Below the pieces are notes generated by a model. It saw only the letters and a list, made by a program, of their open reading frames with translations. It did not search any database and was not told the origin of the DNA. 64,000 nt of DNA, taken from contig JAHLWS010000024.1 of the NCBI GenBank assembly GCA_019057795.1, positions 1 through 64,000 on the forward strand, written 5' to 3'. Made by a program: the position numbers and the translations under genes. Of this stretch, positions 29,515 to 38,787 are shown in pieces. Each line of letters starts with the position of its first letter. Positions within the stretch are counted from its first letter, which is position 1. Origin of the DNA: Promethearchaeota archaeon. Its GTDB lineage: Archaea; Asgardarchaeota; Lokiarchaeia; Sigyniarchaeales; SOKP01.

Positions 29515-30617
29515 TGCCAATTGGATTTATCGTAATGAGATGGGACCCTAAAGTAAGTACGGATATTATTACAAAGTACCCCGAAGAAATTATCATATCG
29601 GATGAGACCTTAATGCAAATCTATGCGGCTCATGAATATACAGGAGAACCTGGAATGATAAGCTTAATGGTGGGTCATTTGAATATTGCGTCATACTATA
29701 CTGGAGGTGAAAGACCGTTATATCTCATTTTAATTTTAAACTTGGATGACGACCCAGACCTTTACGAAGGCGGATTGGCGGATATATCACGGATAATCCT
29801 TCAGAATTTTGAAAATCGAGCATATCTCGAAATGATTCCCTTTTTGTTTCAACGTTTGTCTGCTTACCCTCATCTAAACACTGAACAAGCTCTCGCTTTA
29901 ACTTATCAAGATGAAATAAATAGATTACTCATTAACAGATTAAGAGACGAAGGAGTTGTTTCCAAATCAGAACTAAAAGTGTGGCTAAAAGATAAATACC
30001 GTAGAGGCTTTTTTGATATTGATGCGATCTTAATTGAATTGATTAAAAAAGATATAATAAAAGAAGCTTCTGTAAAAGGAATGCCTTCTGAACTAATATT
30101 TTTCATAAACGACATATTCATAATTAGAAAGCCACCTATCAAAATATTGAGCGATCTTATAGGACGAGGACTTCCTGAACCTTTAGTCGAAGGTTACAAC
30201 TCTGAAGTTAGAAGATTCTTTCAAAATTATCGACCTTCTGAAGATGACAATTTGAAAATAGTAGATCTTCTCACTGATCCACAGTTATCTGAGATATTAA
30301 AATTAATGAGAATAGCAATAGTAACCAGGAATACTTTGGAAAAACTTAGAAAAAAAGGAGTAGATGATATAGACGGCGGAATTAAGAAGTTATTAGATAA
30401 TAAAATTATACAAGTATTCCAAGGCGAAAATGGAGCTAAATATTATGCATTACTTTCTGACTTACATATTTCCCTTGTATATCCTAGATATATTTTAAGT
30501 ACGATACTACATCAATACGATGTAAAATCGAAATCAGAGCCGGTTTTAATTGAGTATCTGAATGTGCTTGAAGATGCATATCGCCCTTACAAGCTTAAAA
30601 CAAAAGCTATAGAATAA
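29514..30617 (+). CDS. uDENN/longin-like N-terminal domain plus probable winged-helix domains
   Basis: N-terminus FIVMRWDPKVSTDIITKYP resembles the uDENN/longin start; later segments are wHTH-like. Translationally coupled (TAATG) to the surface protein gene. Confidence 0.6.
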   Translation: MPIGFIVMRWDPKVSTDIITKYPEEIIISDETLMQIYAAHEYTGEPGMISLMVGHLNIASYYTGGERPLYLILILNLDDDPDLYEGGLADISRIILQNFENRAYLEMIPFLFQRLSAYPHLNTEQALALTYQDEINRLLINRLRDEGVVSKSELKVWLKDKYRRGFFDIDAILIELIKKDIIKEASVKGMPSELIFFINDIFIIRKPPIKILSDLIGRGLPEPLVEGYNSEVRRFFQNYRPSEDDNLKIVDLLTDPQLSEILKLMRIAIVTRNTLEKLRKKGVDDIDGGIKKLLDNKIIQVFQGENGAKYYALLSDLHISLVYPRYILSTILHQYDVKSKSEPVLIEYLNVLEDAYRPYKLKTKAIE

Positions 30618-30658
30618 GTTATTTTTATTTTTTTTTTTAATTTTTTTTATGTAAATGT

Positions 30659-30968
30659 TGACAGTCATTATATTTTGTCAGTAAATCAGTCATTCGATTT
30701 TGTCAATTTTTGTCACTATTCTCCTAGTTTTATGATCGTATTTTGTACGTGATATTAAGATTAAGCTTATACATTCATATAAATCTTACGAACGCTAGTT
30801 TTATCTCACTTTAAATGTGTCACTCTCATGACTGACGACAATACATCAAGCGCCAAAAAATCACAAATAGAAAACTAGAAAAAATTAAGGATTTTACTGA
30901 CATTTTTCATGACTGACGATTTGTGGGCAGCAACTTAATAAATGTCAATGAATTACTGATTTTGTGAC
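30659..30968. repeat. Cluster of TGAC/GTCA-core motifs between convergent genes
   Basis: 14 TGAC/GTCA cores in about 310 bp; catgactgacga occurs twice; tgtcagtaaa and tttactgaca form an inverted pair. Confidence 0.7.
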
Positions 30969-31038
30969 ATTTTTTAATTACTGATTACAATGTAAATTAA
31001 GTTTTATTATTAAAACTAAATCATTTTACGAGTTTTAT

Positions 31039-32415
31039 TTACTCATCATTCGTATTAACAGGGTCATTCGGATCAGTAGAGTAATCATTAACTTCTTGTC
31101 CATCAGTCAATCCATCGTCATCCGAGACAGAGTCGTTTGGATCGGTATCATTTTGGTATTCTTGAAGATTTGTTAAACTATCACCATCAGGGACATTTGT
31201 AGAGTCATCAACATTAGGGTTTAAGCTGTTATTTACTTCCCATCCGTCTGACATTCCATCATCGTCACTATCGGGGTTATTCGGATCAGTAGAGTAATCA
31301 ATAACTTCTTGTTCTTCTTCTTGTTCTTGTTCTTGTTCTTCTTCTTGTTCTTGAAAATTTGTTAAACCATCACTATCAGGTAGATATCGTTTTAATTTTT
31401 CAGATTTTTGGGAAAATTCTTTATAAAGAGCATCATCTCCCAAATCAAGACACAAATCTGCGATTTGATCAAAATAACTCACACTTTCAGCAATATCTCC
31501 GTTTATTAAGCTTTTATTAGCCAATTGAATTAATTGATCTCTTTCAAATAAAGGTTTCAATAACATTGATTCTTCCGTGTTCATTTCTAAGATATCTGCA
31601 ACGATTTGAACCATTTTTTCTTGATTATTGGGTTCAATTGCAACCATCGAATATGTCTTGATTCCGAGTATTTCTTCGATCTTTTCAACGCTTAATGCCC
31701 CATCTAAGTCTTGCTTATTTGCAATTGCAGCGGAATGTGCGTTTGGTGTCTGTTCTTTTATTAATTCAACGAAGTATTTGCTTTTCTCTACATTTTCTAA
31801 AGTGGAATCTGTAATTAAGAGAACAGCATCGCTCCCAAACATAAAATCGTTCCATAAATAGCTAAATTGTTCTTGACCGGCAAAATCCCATAAATGGAAG
31901 ATTAACTTTCCAATCTTAATAGTAGAAACTTTACCTGTTATTGTAGGAATGTGCGTTTCGGGAACTTCTTCCGCACGTATTAATTTTGTAATTGTTGTTT
32001 TCCCTACTCCAGAAAATCCTATTAACGAGATTTTAGTTTTTATTTTTTTATGAATTGATTCTATTAATGGGTTAAATATTTCAAAGAGCGACGGATCTAA
32101 ATTGTCGAGAATATCACCAAATGATTCTAAAAAATCTTTTTTTAATTTATTTAATTCTATTTTTACAGTTTCCATATCATCATTGAATCCAATTATGAAT
32201 ATGAAGATTAAATTTGAAGCTCTGTCTACGGTATATGTAATTCTATATTTAAAAAAATTAGAGCTTCCAAAATCGTTTAAAAGACCACGAGATATCTCTG
32301 TTTCAATTTCTTGGTAAATACTTTGAAAATTTTCAAAGGATAAGACTTTACCAAAGTCTCTCTCGTATATTATATTCCCATCCTTTAAGATATATATTTG
32401 TCGCAACATTTTCAT
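31039..32415 (-). CDS. Longin-like domain + Arf/Rab-superfamily small GTPase + helical domain + acidic TSP3-like Ca-binding repeat tail
   Basis: GFSGVGKT, PTI, WDFAGQE, NKQD; tail with DSDDDGMSDGWE, DGDSLTNLQE, SDDDGLTDGQE. Confidence 0.9.
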   Translation of the reverse strand: MKMLRQIYILKDGNIIYERDFGKVLSFENFQSIYQEIETEISRGLLNDFGSSNFFKYRITYTVDRASNLIFIFIIGFNDDMETVKIELNKLKKDFLESFGDILDNLDPSLFEIFNPLIESIHKKIKTKISLIGFSGVGKTTITKLIRAEEVPETHIPTITGKVSTIKIGKLIFHLWDFAGQEQFSYLWNDFMFGSDAVLLITDSTLENVEKSKYFVELIKEQTPNAHSAAIANKQDLDGALSVEKIEEILGIKTYSMVAIEPNNQEKMVQIVADILEMNTEESMLLKPLFERDQLIQLANKSLINGDIAESVSYFDQIADLCLDLGDDALYKEFSQKSEKLKRYLPDSDGLTNFQEQEEEQEQEQEEEQEVIDYSTDPNNPDSDDDGMSDGWEVNNSLNPNVDDSTNVPDGDSLTNLQEYQNDTDPNDSVSDDDGLTDGQEVNDYSTDPNDPVNTNDE

Positions 32416-32605
32416 TAACTCAGAATGCTTTACAATTAAGTGTCTATAATTATACTGTATTTTTTTTTAGTTTCAGTTAAAAATAAGACATACTTTCTTG
32501 ATTCTTCAATCTAAATTTTTGTATTTAAACTTTTATAAATAGAAAATTAAGAGAAAATTATGGTTTTATATAGATTTAACTTGAAAAGATGATTTAATTT
32601 TACAT

Positions 32606-33382
32606 TCAGATTTCCAGTATTTTTTCTATATTACTTGTTATTTTTTGAAAACTTTTAGAATCTTCAGGAACGCCAATTATAGCCTTACCTTCTAAATCAA
32701 ATTTAGTTAGAATTTCATCTTCAGGAATTAATGCAAGTAAAGGTAAATCGTATTCTCTAAGCATATCCAGTATATTAGTAATATCACCTTTAACTCTATT
32801 TATTATAACGCCTATTTTTCTATAGCTTGTAAATTTTTTAGCGCTTTTTCTAATTGATTTAGCAGTTTCTATACTCCTTAGAGATATATCTGAGATAATT
32901 AAGATAATATCAACAGATTTAATTACCATACGGTTAATTTGTTCAAGCCCCACTTCACAATCGATCAAGACGACATCAAAGTCGCTAGAAATTGATTCTA
33001 TGACTTTTCGAAGCAAAGCGTTCGAAGGACAGAAACACCCTGGACCTTCGGGTTGACCAATTGAAAACAGACTAAAATCTTTACTCTCCTTAATAGCACT
33101 ATAAACCTCGAAATCTATGTTCTCTGCTAGCGATTGGATATCTTTTTTTTTATTTATTGTTTTATCAATTAATTCGGCTCTAACCATCTCGAGACTTTTC
33201 TCGGGAAGCAAATTAACCATTTTACTAAGATGAGGATGAGTAGGGTCTGCATCAATCAGTAATAATTTGAAATTATAAGAGATTGAAATTGCTTTAGCAA
33301 TAAGAGTTGTTATAATTGTTTTTTCAACGCCTCCTTTTCCGACAATAGCAACTATAAGTGGCCTTTTTCTCTGGTTATTCAT
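32606..33382 (-). CDS. cooC: CooC/AcsF-like nickel-insertion ATPase (MinD family)
   Basis: GKGGVEKT (variant Walker A), IDADP, Ni-binding GPGCFCP, DCEVGLE. Confidence 0.85.
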   Translation of the reverse strand: MNNQRKRPLIVAIVGKGGVEKTIITTLIAKAISISYNFKLLLIDADPTHPHLSKMVNLLPEKSLEMVRAELIDKTINKKKDIQSLAENIDFEVYSAIKESKDFSLFSIGQPEGPGCFCPSNALLRKVIESISSDFDVVLIDCEVGLEQINRMVIKSVDIILIISDISLRSIETAKSIRKSAKKFTSYRKIGVIINRVKGDITNILDMLREYDLPLLALIPEDEILTKFDLEGKAIIGVPEDSKSFQKITSNIEKILEI

Positions 33383-33405
33383 TTAATACACCCCAATTTA
33401 TCCGT

Positions 33406-34173
33406 TTATTTCTCAATCTTCTCTCTTAAAACTAATACTTGCTTAATATCTAAACATTTTTCTTGATAAGGGCATATTTCACAGCCCCAATCGTAATCAC
33501 AATCAATTCTCTTTTTCCATTCATCTATTTTTTTTCTCCATTTTTCTTTAAACCTATCTGTAATTTCTGACGATAGCGTAATGAATTTTTCAATAGAATC
33601 GGGATATGAACTGATTAATATAACTTCTATAGTTTTAATTAAACCTTCAAATTTTTGTTTGTACAGAGAAATAATAGCATTTCCTAAAAATTCGAACGAA
33701 AATCCTTTCTGCAAGGCTGATGTACTTAATCTACACCAAAACCTGCGAGGAATTGTTCGAATGGAAAACCCTTCTATGCCATTTGAGATAAAACTCAATT
33801 GCCTTAACTCATTTATATCCTTCTCTGTGCTGTTTTCAACTCCAATTAAAATCATTATCCCAAAATCTATATTTTTATCCAAACATTTATCAATTTCTGG
33901 ACCTAATAAAGTTATTTTTCCAGATTCGATTAGTTGGGCCTCTTCAATTGGAAATGTTATTGAGAAGGATTTATTTTTCATCCCACCAAGTTCTATACCC
34001 GTCTCTTCTTCAAGGATGATTTCTTTAAATTTATTTAATTCAACTTTAATACCAAAATTATCTAAAAAAGCAGTGTGATTCGAGTCTGAACGATAAAATG
34101 CCAAGAGCTTTCCGTGCTTTCGTTCCTTTTCTAAGAAATCTTTTATCTTTTCTATAATAATTTTGTTTTGCAT
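33406..34173 (-). CDS. Truncated acetyl-CoA synthase beta (CdhC/AcsB)-like protein, copy 2
   Basis: ELGG...IESGKITLLGPEI and IEGF..FWCRLS..A..KGFSFEFLG; C-terminal CDYDWGCEICPYQEKC. Confidence 0.72.
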   Translation of the reverse strand: MQNKIIIEKIKDFLEKERKHGKLLAFYRSDSNHTAFLDNFGIKVELNKFKEIILEEETGIELGGMKNKSFSITFPIEEAQLIESGKITLLGPEIDKCLDKNIDFGIMILIGVENSTEKDINELRQLSFISNGIEGFSIRTIPRRFWCRLSTSALQKGFSFEFLGNAIISLYKQKFEGLIKTIEVILISSYPDSIEKFITLSSEITDRFKEKWRKKIDEWKKRIDCDYDWGCEICPYQEKCLDIKQVLVLREKIEK

Positions 34174-34293
34174 TAATTATAATAAACCTTCTTTATTTTT
34201 TAATTTACTAATTTCATTCTTATTCAAACTTATTCTATAGATTTAAAGTTAGTAAAATAAAGTAACAAAAAAAAAGATAATGAATTTAAACTA

Positions 34294-35538
34294 CTATAGA
34301 ACTTTTCTAACCAATTCAGCGATATCAAAAGCTTTAATTTCTTCATTTTTGATATTAGACTTAAACTGATTTAAACAGAAAGGACAAGTTGAGACTATTG
34401 CATCGGCAGAAGTAGTTTTTGCTTCCTCAATACGTTCTTTTGCTGCAAACTCAGATAAATCTTTAAATGCTGATCTAACCCCTCCACCAGAACCACAACA
34501 CCAAGCATTTTCTCTATTTCGATTCATTTCCACTAATTTAATACCCGGTATTTTTTTTAAAAGCATTCTTGGTTGTTTATAAATTCCCATATGTCGTCCG
34601 ATATGGCAAGGATCGTGGTAAGTCACCATCATATTAAGATCTTTATCAAATTTTATTTCTCCTTTATTAAATTTCTCTAATAAGAATTCTGGTAGATGCA
34701 TTACTTCAATTTCATGCTTAATGCCAAACTTATTTGGATATGTTTCTTTTAACATTCGATAACATCCAGCACAAGAAGTAATAATTTTCTCAATTCCAGC
34801 GTCATTAAAAATCTTCATATTTGTCTCAGCAATGTTTTTAGCTTTATCAGTTTGACCCGTCATGTATACTGGAGAACCACAACAGTGTTCATCTTTCAGA
34901 ATTTTAAATTCAATTTTTAGGATATTTAATATCTCCGCTGTTGCAATCGCGACATTTTGCTCTCGATAACTTGAAGTACACCCAACAAAATATGCAATTT
35001 TTGCGTTGGACGATTGATTCAGATGAGGGGGTAACCAATTCAATCTTTTATTATGTTCTTCCATATAAGGATTATTTTCCATTAGGATATGATCCGTATA
35101 TCTAGAATGTTCTGGCATAGGTCCTAAACCTAGTTTAACAGCCTGCTCTCTCATGGCCATTAACCATTCTCCAGCATAATGGTGAATTTCTGGTATTTGG
35201 CATTGTTGCGTACATGCCAAGCATACTGAACATTGATACAATATTTTAGAAAGATTTGCTGACCATTTAACCTTTCCAGATGATACACCCCAACTAAGAA
35301 GATTCTTCCCTCCAAGATAAAAAGCTTCAAATTTTCCAAACTCTCCTGAAGGACAAACACGAGACCAAAATTCTTCTTGATATGTTGTTCGGCAAGTACC
35401 GCATTTTCCACATTGATATAAAATATCCTTATAATGTTCTAAATCCTTGTATCTATCAAGTTTTTTTTGATTTGCCACCGTTGTAATCAGAGTTATACCT
35501 TTTCCTTCTATATACTTAACATTCTTTTCTTTTTCCAT
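34294..35538 (-). CDS. Fe-S oxidoreductase, HdrD/GlcF-like (2x[4Fe-4S] + two CCG domains)
   Basis: Same motifs as, and a close paralogue of, 14898-16139. Confidence 0.92.
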   Translation of the reverse strand: MEKEKNVKYIEGKGITLITTVANQKKLDRYKDLEHYKDILYQCGKCGTCRTTYQEEFWSRVCPSGEFGKFEAFYLGGKNLLSWGVSSGKVKWSANLSKILYQCSVCLACTQQCQIPEIHHYAGEWLMAMREQAVKLGLGPMPEHSRYTDHILMENNPYMEEHNKRLNWLPPHLNQSSNAKIAYFVGCTSSYREQNVAIATAEILNILKIEFKILKDEHCCGSPVYMTGQTDKAKNIAETNMKIFNDAGIEKIITSCAGCYRMLKETYPNKFGIKHEIEVMHLPEFLLEKFNKGEIKFDKDLNMMVTYHDPCHIGRHMGIYKQPRMLLKKIPGIKLVEMNRNRENAWCCGSGGGVRSAFKDLSEFAAKERIEEAKTTSADAIVSTCPFCLNQFKSNIKNEEIKAFDIAELVRKVL

Positions 35539-35548
35539 AATAATTACC

Positions 35549-37015
35549 TCAAATTCCTTGTCCAGGGTTCATTATTTTATTAGGATCAAGTATTTTTCTA
35601 ATCTTCTCAATTAATTTTGTTGTTGCTGGTAGGGTTTTATCCTTGTAGTACTGAACTGCCCATAGTGGAGGTTTATACATAACTACGCCATCTAATTTTT
35701 GTACTGCTTTATGGATCTCTTTAAGAAGAATTCTTGTTTTTTTTATATCTTCAGGGTCATTTTTATTAAAACCTATATTCGTACGAGCAACGCAATAATG
35801 ACCACCCATCATAATTCTACTATAAAATTGGGGGGGTTTATCATATTTTAGACAGATTTCTCTTGATATATTGTAAAACTTTATGATATCTCTTGTGGAA
35901 CAATAGGTTCCTATCCATTGTCCACCTCCACCTCTAGTAAAATTCCAACACCCCCAAAATTGAACCGGAGTTTGGCCTCCTGTGGATGGTGTTAAATGTC
36001 CCATAATTCCTTGAAGATTTTCGGGAAAAGATTCTAATTGTTCTTTAATTGGAAGTGGGTCCATGTCGTATTCTTTACATATATTCATTATCCCCTCACA
36101 CTGTGCTTCATGCTGTTTTTCTGTATATGCTTGAGTTGAGATTAGTCCAAAAAAATCTGGCAAACCAAATTCTAAAGGATCTTTAGCAACATGTTCTTCA
36201 TCCAATCCCATAAGTGCTTGACACCAGCCTATATTTAGAGCGCATAGATCGATAATACCTAATCCTGCTTTCGAAAGTTTAAGGATCATTGGTATACCAT
36301 CATCTATTCTTGGAGCTATTGGCAAAAAATCAGCTCTATATGGTAATTTTGGCCATAATTTTATTGCTGCTTTAGTAACTATTCCAGTAGTCCCTTCCCA
36401 ACCAATAAATAATCCAGCTAAGTCTGGTAATGGTTGCCTACCATACCAATAATTAGAAAGACTACATGAACCAACTCTTATTAATTCCCCAGAACCCAAG
36501 ACTACTTCTAAGCCATTAATAAACTCTGCTCCTGTTCCCCCAAGCATACCAAGATCATACATTCCATAGCATAAGCAAGAAGGTATCACTCCCGTTCCTG
36601 GAGGAGACCATGTTATTCCGGCTTTTAAATCTGGGTGATTTCTGTCGAGATATCCTTTTAAATCAGCCCAAGTAATTCCTCCTTCAACTACAGCATACAT
36701 ATCGTCTTCATTTACTTCAAGAACGCGATTTAGTCTTCTTAAGTCAACTACAATCCCACCCTTTCGAGGTGTGGCTATTGAGCCAAAATTAATACCTGAA
36801 ACCCATGGTATCACAGGGATTTTATATTTATTGGCAATCTTTACTATTTCTTGGACTTGTTCTGCAGTATCTGGCATTATAGCAATATCACATTTACCTT
36901 CTGGTTCAGTTGTAATAAAGTCGTAATGATATAAAAATTGTATTTCAGGATCATCCGAAACATATCTTTCTCCTATTTTCTGCTTTAATTCAGAGACTAC
37001 ATCGTTGATATTCAT
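35549..37015 (-). CDS. FAD-binding oxidoreductase (VAO/PCMH/GlcD superfamily)
   Basis: Close paralogue of 16141-17562. Confidence 0.92.
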   Translation of the reverse strand: MNINDVVSELKQKIGERYVSDDPEIQFLYHYDFITTEPEGKCDIAIMPDTAEQVQEIVKIANKYKIPVIPWVSGINFGSIATPRKGGIVVDLRRLNRVLEVNEDDMYAVVEGGITWADLKGYLDRNHPDLKAGITWSPPGTGVIPSCLCYGMYDLGMLGGTGAEFINGLEVVLGSGELIRVGSCSLSNYWYGRQPLPDLAGLFIGWEGTTGIVTKAAIKLWPKLPYRADFLPIAPRIDDGIPMILKLSKAGLGIIDLCALNIGWCQALMGLDEEHVAKDPLEFGLPDFFGLISTQAYTEKQHEAQCEGIMNICKEYDMDPLPIKEQLESFPENLQGIMGHLTPSTGGQTPVQFWGCWNFTRGGGGQWIGTYCSTRDIIKFYNISREICLKYDKPPQFYSRIMMGGHYCVARTNIGFNKNDPEDIKKTRILLKEIHKAVQKLDGVVMYKPPLWAVQYYKDKTLPATTKLIEKIRKILDPNKIMNPGQGI

Positions 37016-37133
37016 TTTTTATTCACTTTTTTGAATTTTTTAATTAAAATTTTTACATAAAAATAATTATGTTATTGATATTAATTAATTATATTTACTT
37101 TTATATGTTAAAATAATATTTAGGAAGATAAAG

Positions 37134-37556
37134 ATGATTTCGATTCAAAAAGGAGAAGATTTGACTACGATCACTTTGCAAAATATTTTAAGTTATAGGA
37201 AAGACGATGAGGATTTCATAAATCTAGTATTAAACTGGAACAAAAAAGTCTTAATTGAGGTTGATGGTTTTTACCCAGTAGAAGTTATATTTGACCGCAA
37301 CAAAATAAAATTTAAAACAAAGGATTTTGATAAAAAGATAAATCTGAAAGTGAAAATGGACATATATACGTTTTTAGATTTGGCCTTTGGTAGATTAAAT
37401 CCTGTAAAAGCATTCCTTAAAGGGAAGCTTAAAATTAAAGGATTGTTAAAAATTGGAACTGTGTTAAAATTCATGAAAATCTTTTTAGAAACGATGAAAA
37501 TGGTTGCTTCAGAGCCCAATAATAATTATTTTGAATTAAATAAGGAAACAAGATAA
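37134..37556 (+). CDS. SCP2 sterol/lipid-binding domain protein
   Basis: F..LA.GRLNPVKAFLKGKLKIKG is the SCP2 signature. Confidence 0.85.
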   Translation: MISIQKGEDLTTITLQNILSYRKDDEDFINLVLNWNKKVLIEVDGFYPVEVIFDRNKIKFKTKDFDKKINLKVKMDIYTFLDLAFGRLNPVKAFLKGKLKIKGLLKIGTVLKFMKIFLETMKMVASEPNNNYFELNKETR

Positions 37557-37574
37557 TGAGGTGAAAACAAATAC

Positions 37575-37641
37575 ATGACCGAAACAAAAGAAATAAATGT
37601 GTATGAGAAGATAAGTAAAGTTTATCCAATTGTTCCTTACA
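37575..37641 (+). pseudogene. Internally deleted remnant of the 5' end of the FAD oxidoreductase gene at 38788
   Basis: 37575-37620 matches 38788-38833 at 45/46 nt; it is followed by attgttccttaca, which matches about 39022-39034. Confidence 0.85.
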
Positions 37642-37696
37642 GAAAAATTACTTTTAAAAATTCTGTTAATTTATTCAAATAAAAGTGAAACATTAA

Positions 37697-38728
37697 ATGA
37701 TTGAAACAAATATAACAAAAATGTTCGGGATAAAACACCCGATTTTTAGTGCTCCAATGGGTCCTTTTTTTACCCGCGATTTAGCTCTGGCTGTCAGTGA
37801 AGCTGGTGGATTAGGAGTATTATCTAACGTTAATATCACTGGTACAGATCCTGTTGCAGAACATAAGGCAAGCATAGAGTATATGATTGAACATACTGAT
37901 AAACCGTTCGGTCTCAATATTCTTACATCTCGGAATAATCCGGGAGTCAGACAAATGGTCAGATCATTACCGAAAATTGTCATGAGTAATGTAAGAATGA
38001 GAGATCAATGTAAGTATTGGTTGACCTCTGCAGGTTCTTCAAAAATTCTCGCAGGAGCGAAATATTTTAAAGAATTAAGAGAGAATTCAGAAGTTAAGCA
38101 CTTTCACGTAGCCCCAGCTGTATGGTTGGCTCAAAAGTGTGTGGATTCAGGAGTAGATGGAATAGTGGTGACTGGAACTGAAGGTGGAGGGCACCAATCA
38201 TATGAGAGAGTCAGTACTCTTGTTCTGCTTCAACAGATTAATAATAAATTTCCTGATTTACCAAAGATTGCTTGTGGGGGTTTTGCTACTGGAGAAGCTT
38301 TAGCCGCTGGTCTTTCACTAGGTGCAGGAGCAGTAGCAATGGGTTCAAGATTTATTGCTTCTAAACAGAGTGAATTTCATGAGAAATATAAAGCATTAAT
38401 TCCCCCTGGAAAACCACAGGATACCGGACTTTATACAGGATCCTTCGGTCCTATTCGCTTATACAAAAACGAGTATGCATTATCGCATCCAGCGCCTAGC
38501 AGCAAAGAAGAAATGATCGCTTACGAAAATTCAATATCTCCAGAACAAAGAGCAAAAGATTTAGGTGCTTATGATAGAGTATATAACGGTGATATTGACA
38601 CGGGAGCGGTTCTACTTGGTCAATCAATAGGTATTATCGATAGTATAGACGATGTCAATGACATTATTGAGAGAATAATGAATCAAGCTGAAAATATAAT
38701 TAGAAGGAATAATTCCATGCTGAGATAA
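37697..38728 (+). CDS. Nitronate monooxygenase / FabK-like FMN enoyl-reductase family protein
   Basis: HPIFSAPM, AVSEAGGLG, KPFGLN, GTEGGGH, ACGG, MGSRF, GQSIG. Confidence 0.9.
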   Translation: MIETNITKMFGIKHPIFSAPMGPFFTRDLALAVSEAGGLGVLSNVNITGTDPVAEHKASIEYMIEHTDKPFGLNILTSRNNPGVRQMVRSLPKIVMSNVRMRDQCKYWLTSAGSSKILAGAKYFKELRENSEVKHFHVAPAVWLAQKCVDSGVDGIVVTGTEGGGHQSYERVSTLVLLQQINNKFPDLPKIACGGFATGEALAAGLSLGAGAVAMGSRFIASKQSEFHEKYKALIPPGKPQDTGLYTGSFGPIRLYKNEYALSHPAPSSKEEMIAYENSISPEQRAKDLGAYDRVYNGDIDTGAVLLGQSIGIIDSIDDVNDIIERIMNQAENIIRRNNSMLR

Positions 38729-38787
38729 GACCGAAGCCCAATGTGAATTATATAAAATAAATAAGAATACAAGGTGATATAACTTTA

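Noticed and set aside
30659-30990. CRISPR array
   Set aside because: No constant-length repeats with regular unique spacers, and no cas genes in the window.
10677-34173. Calling the CdhC-like genes functional acetyl-CoA synthase (Wood-Ljungdahl pathway)
   Set aside because: They are only about 255 aa, lack the C-terminal Ni-binding domain, and no other cdh/acs subunits are in the window.
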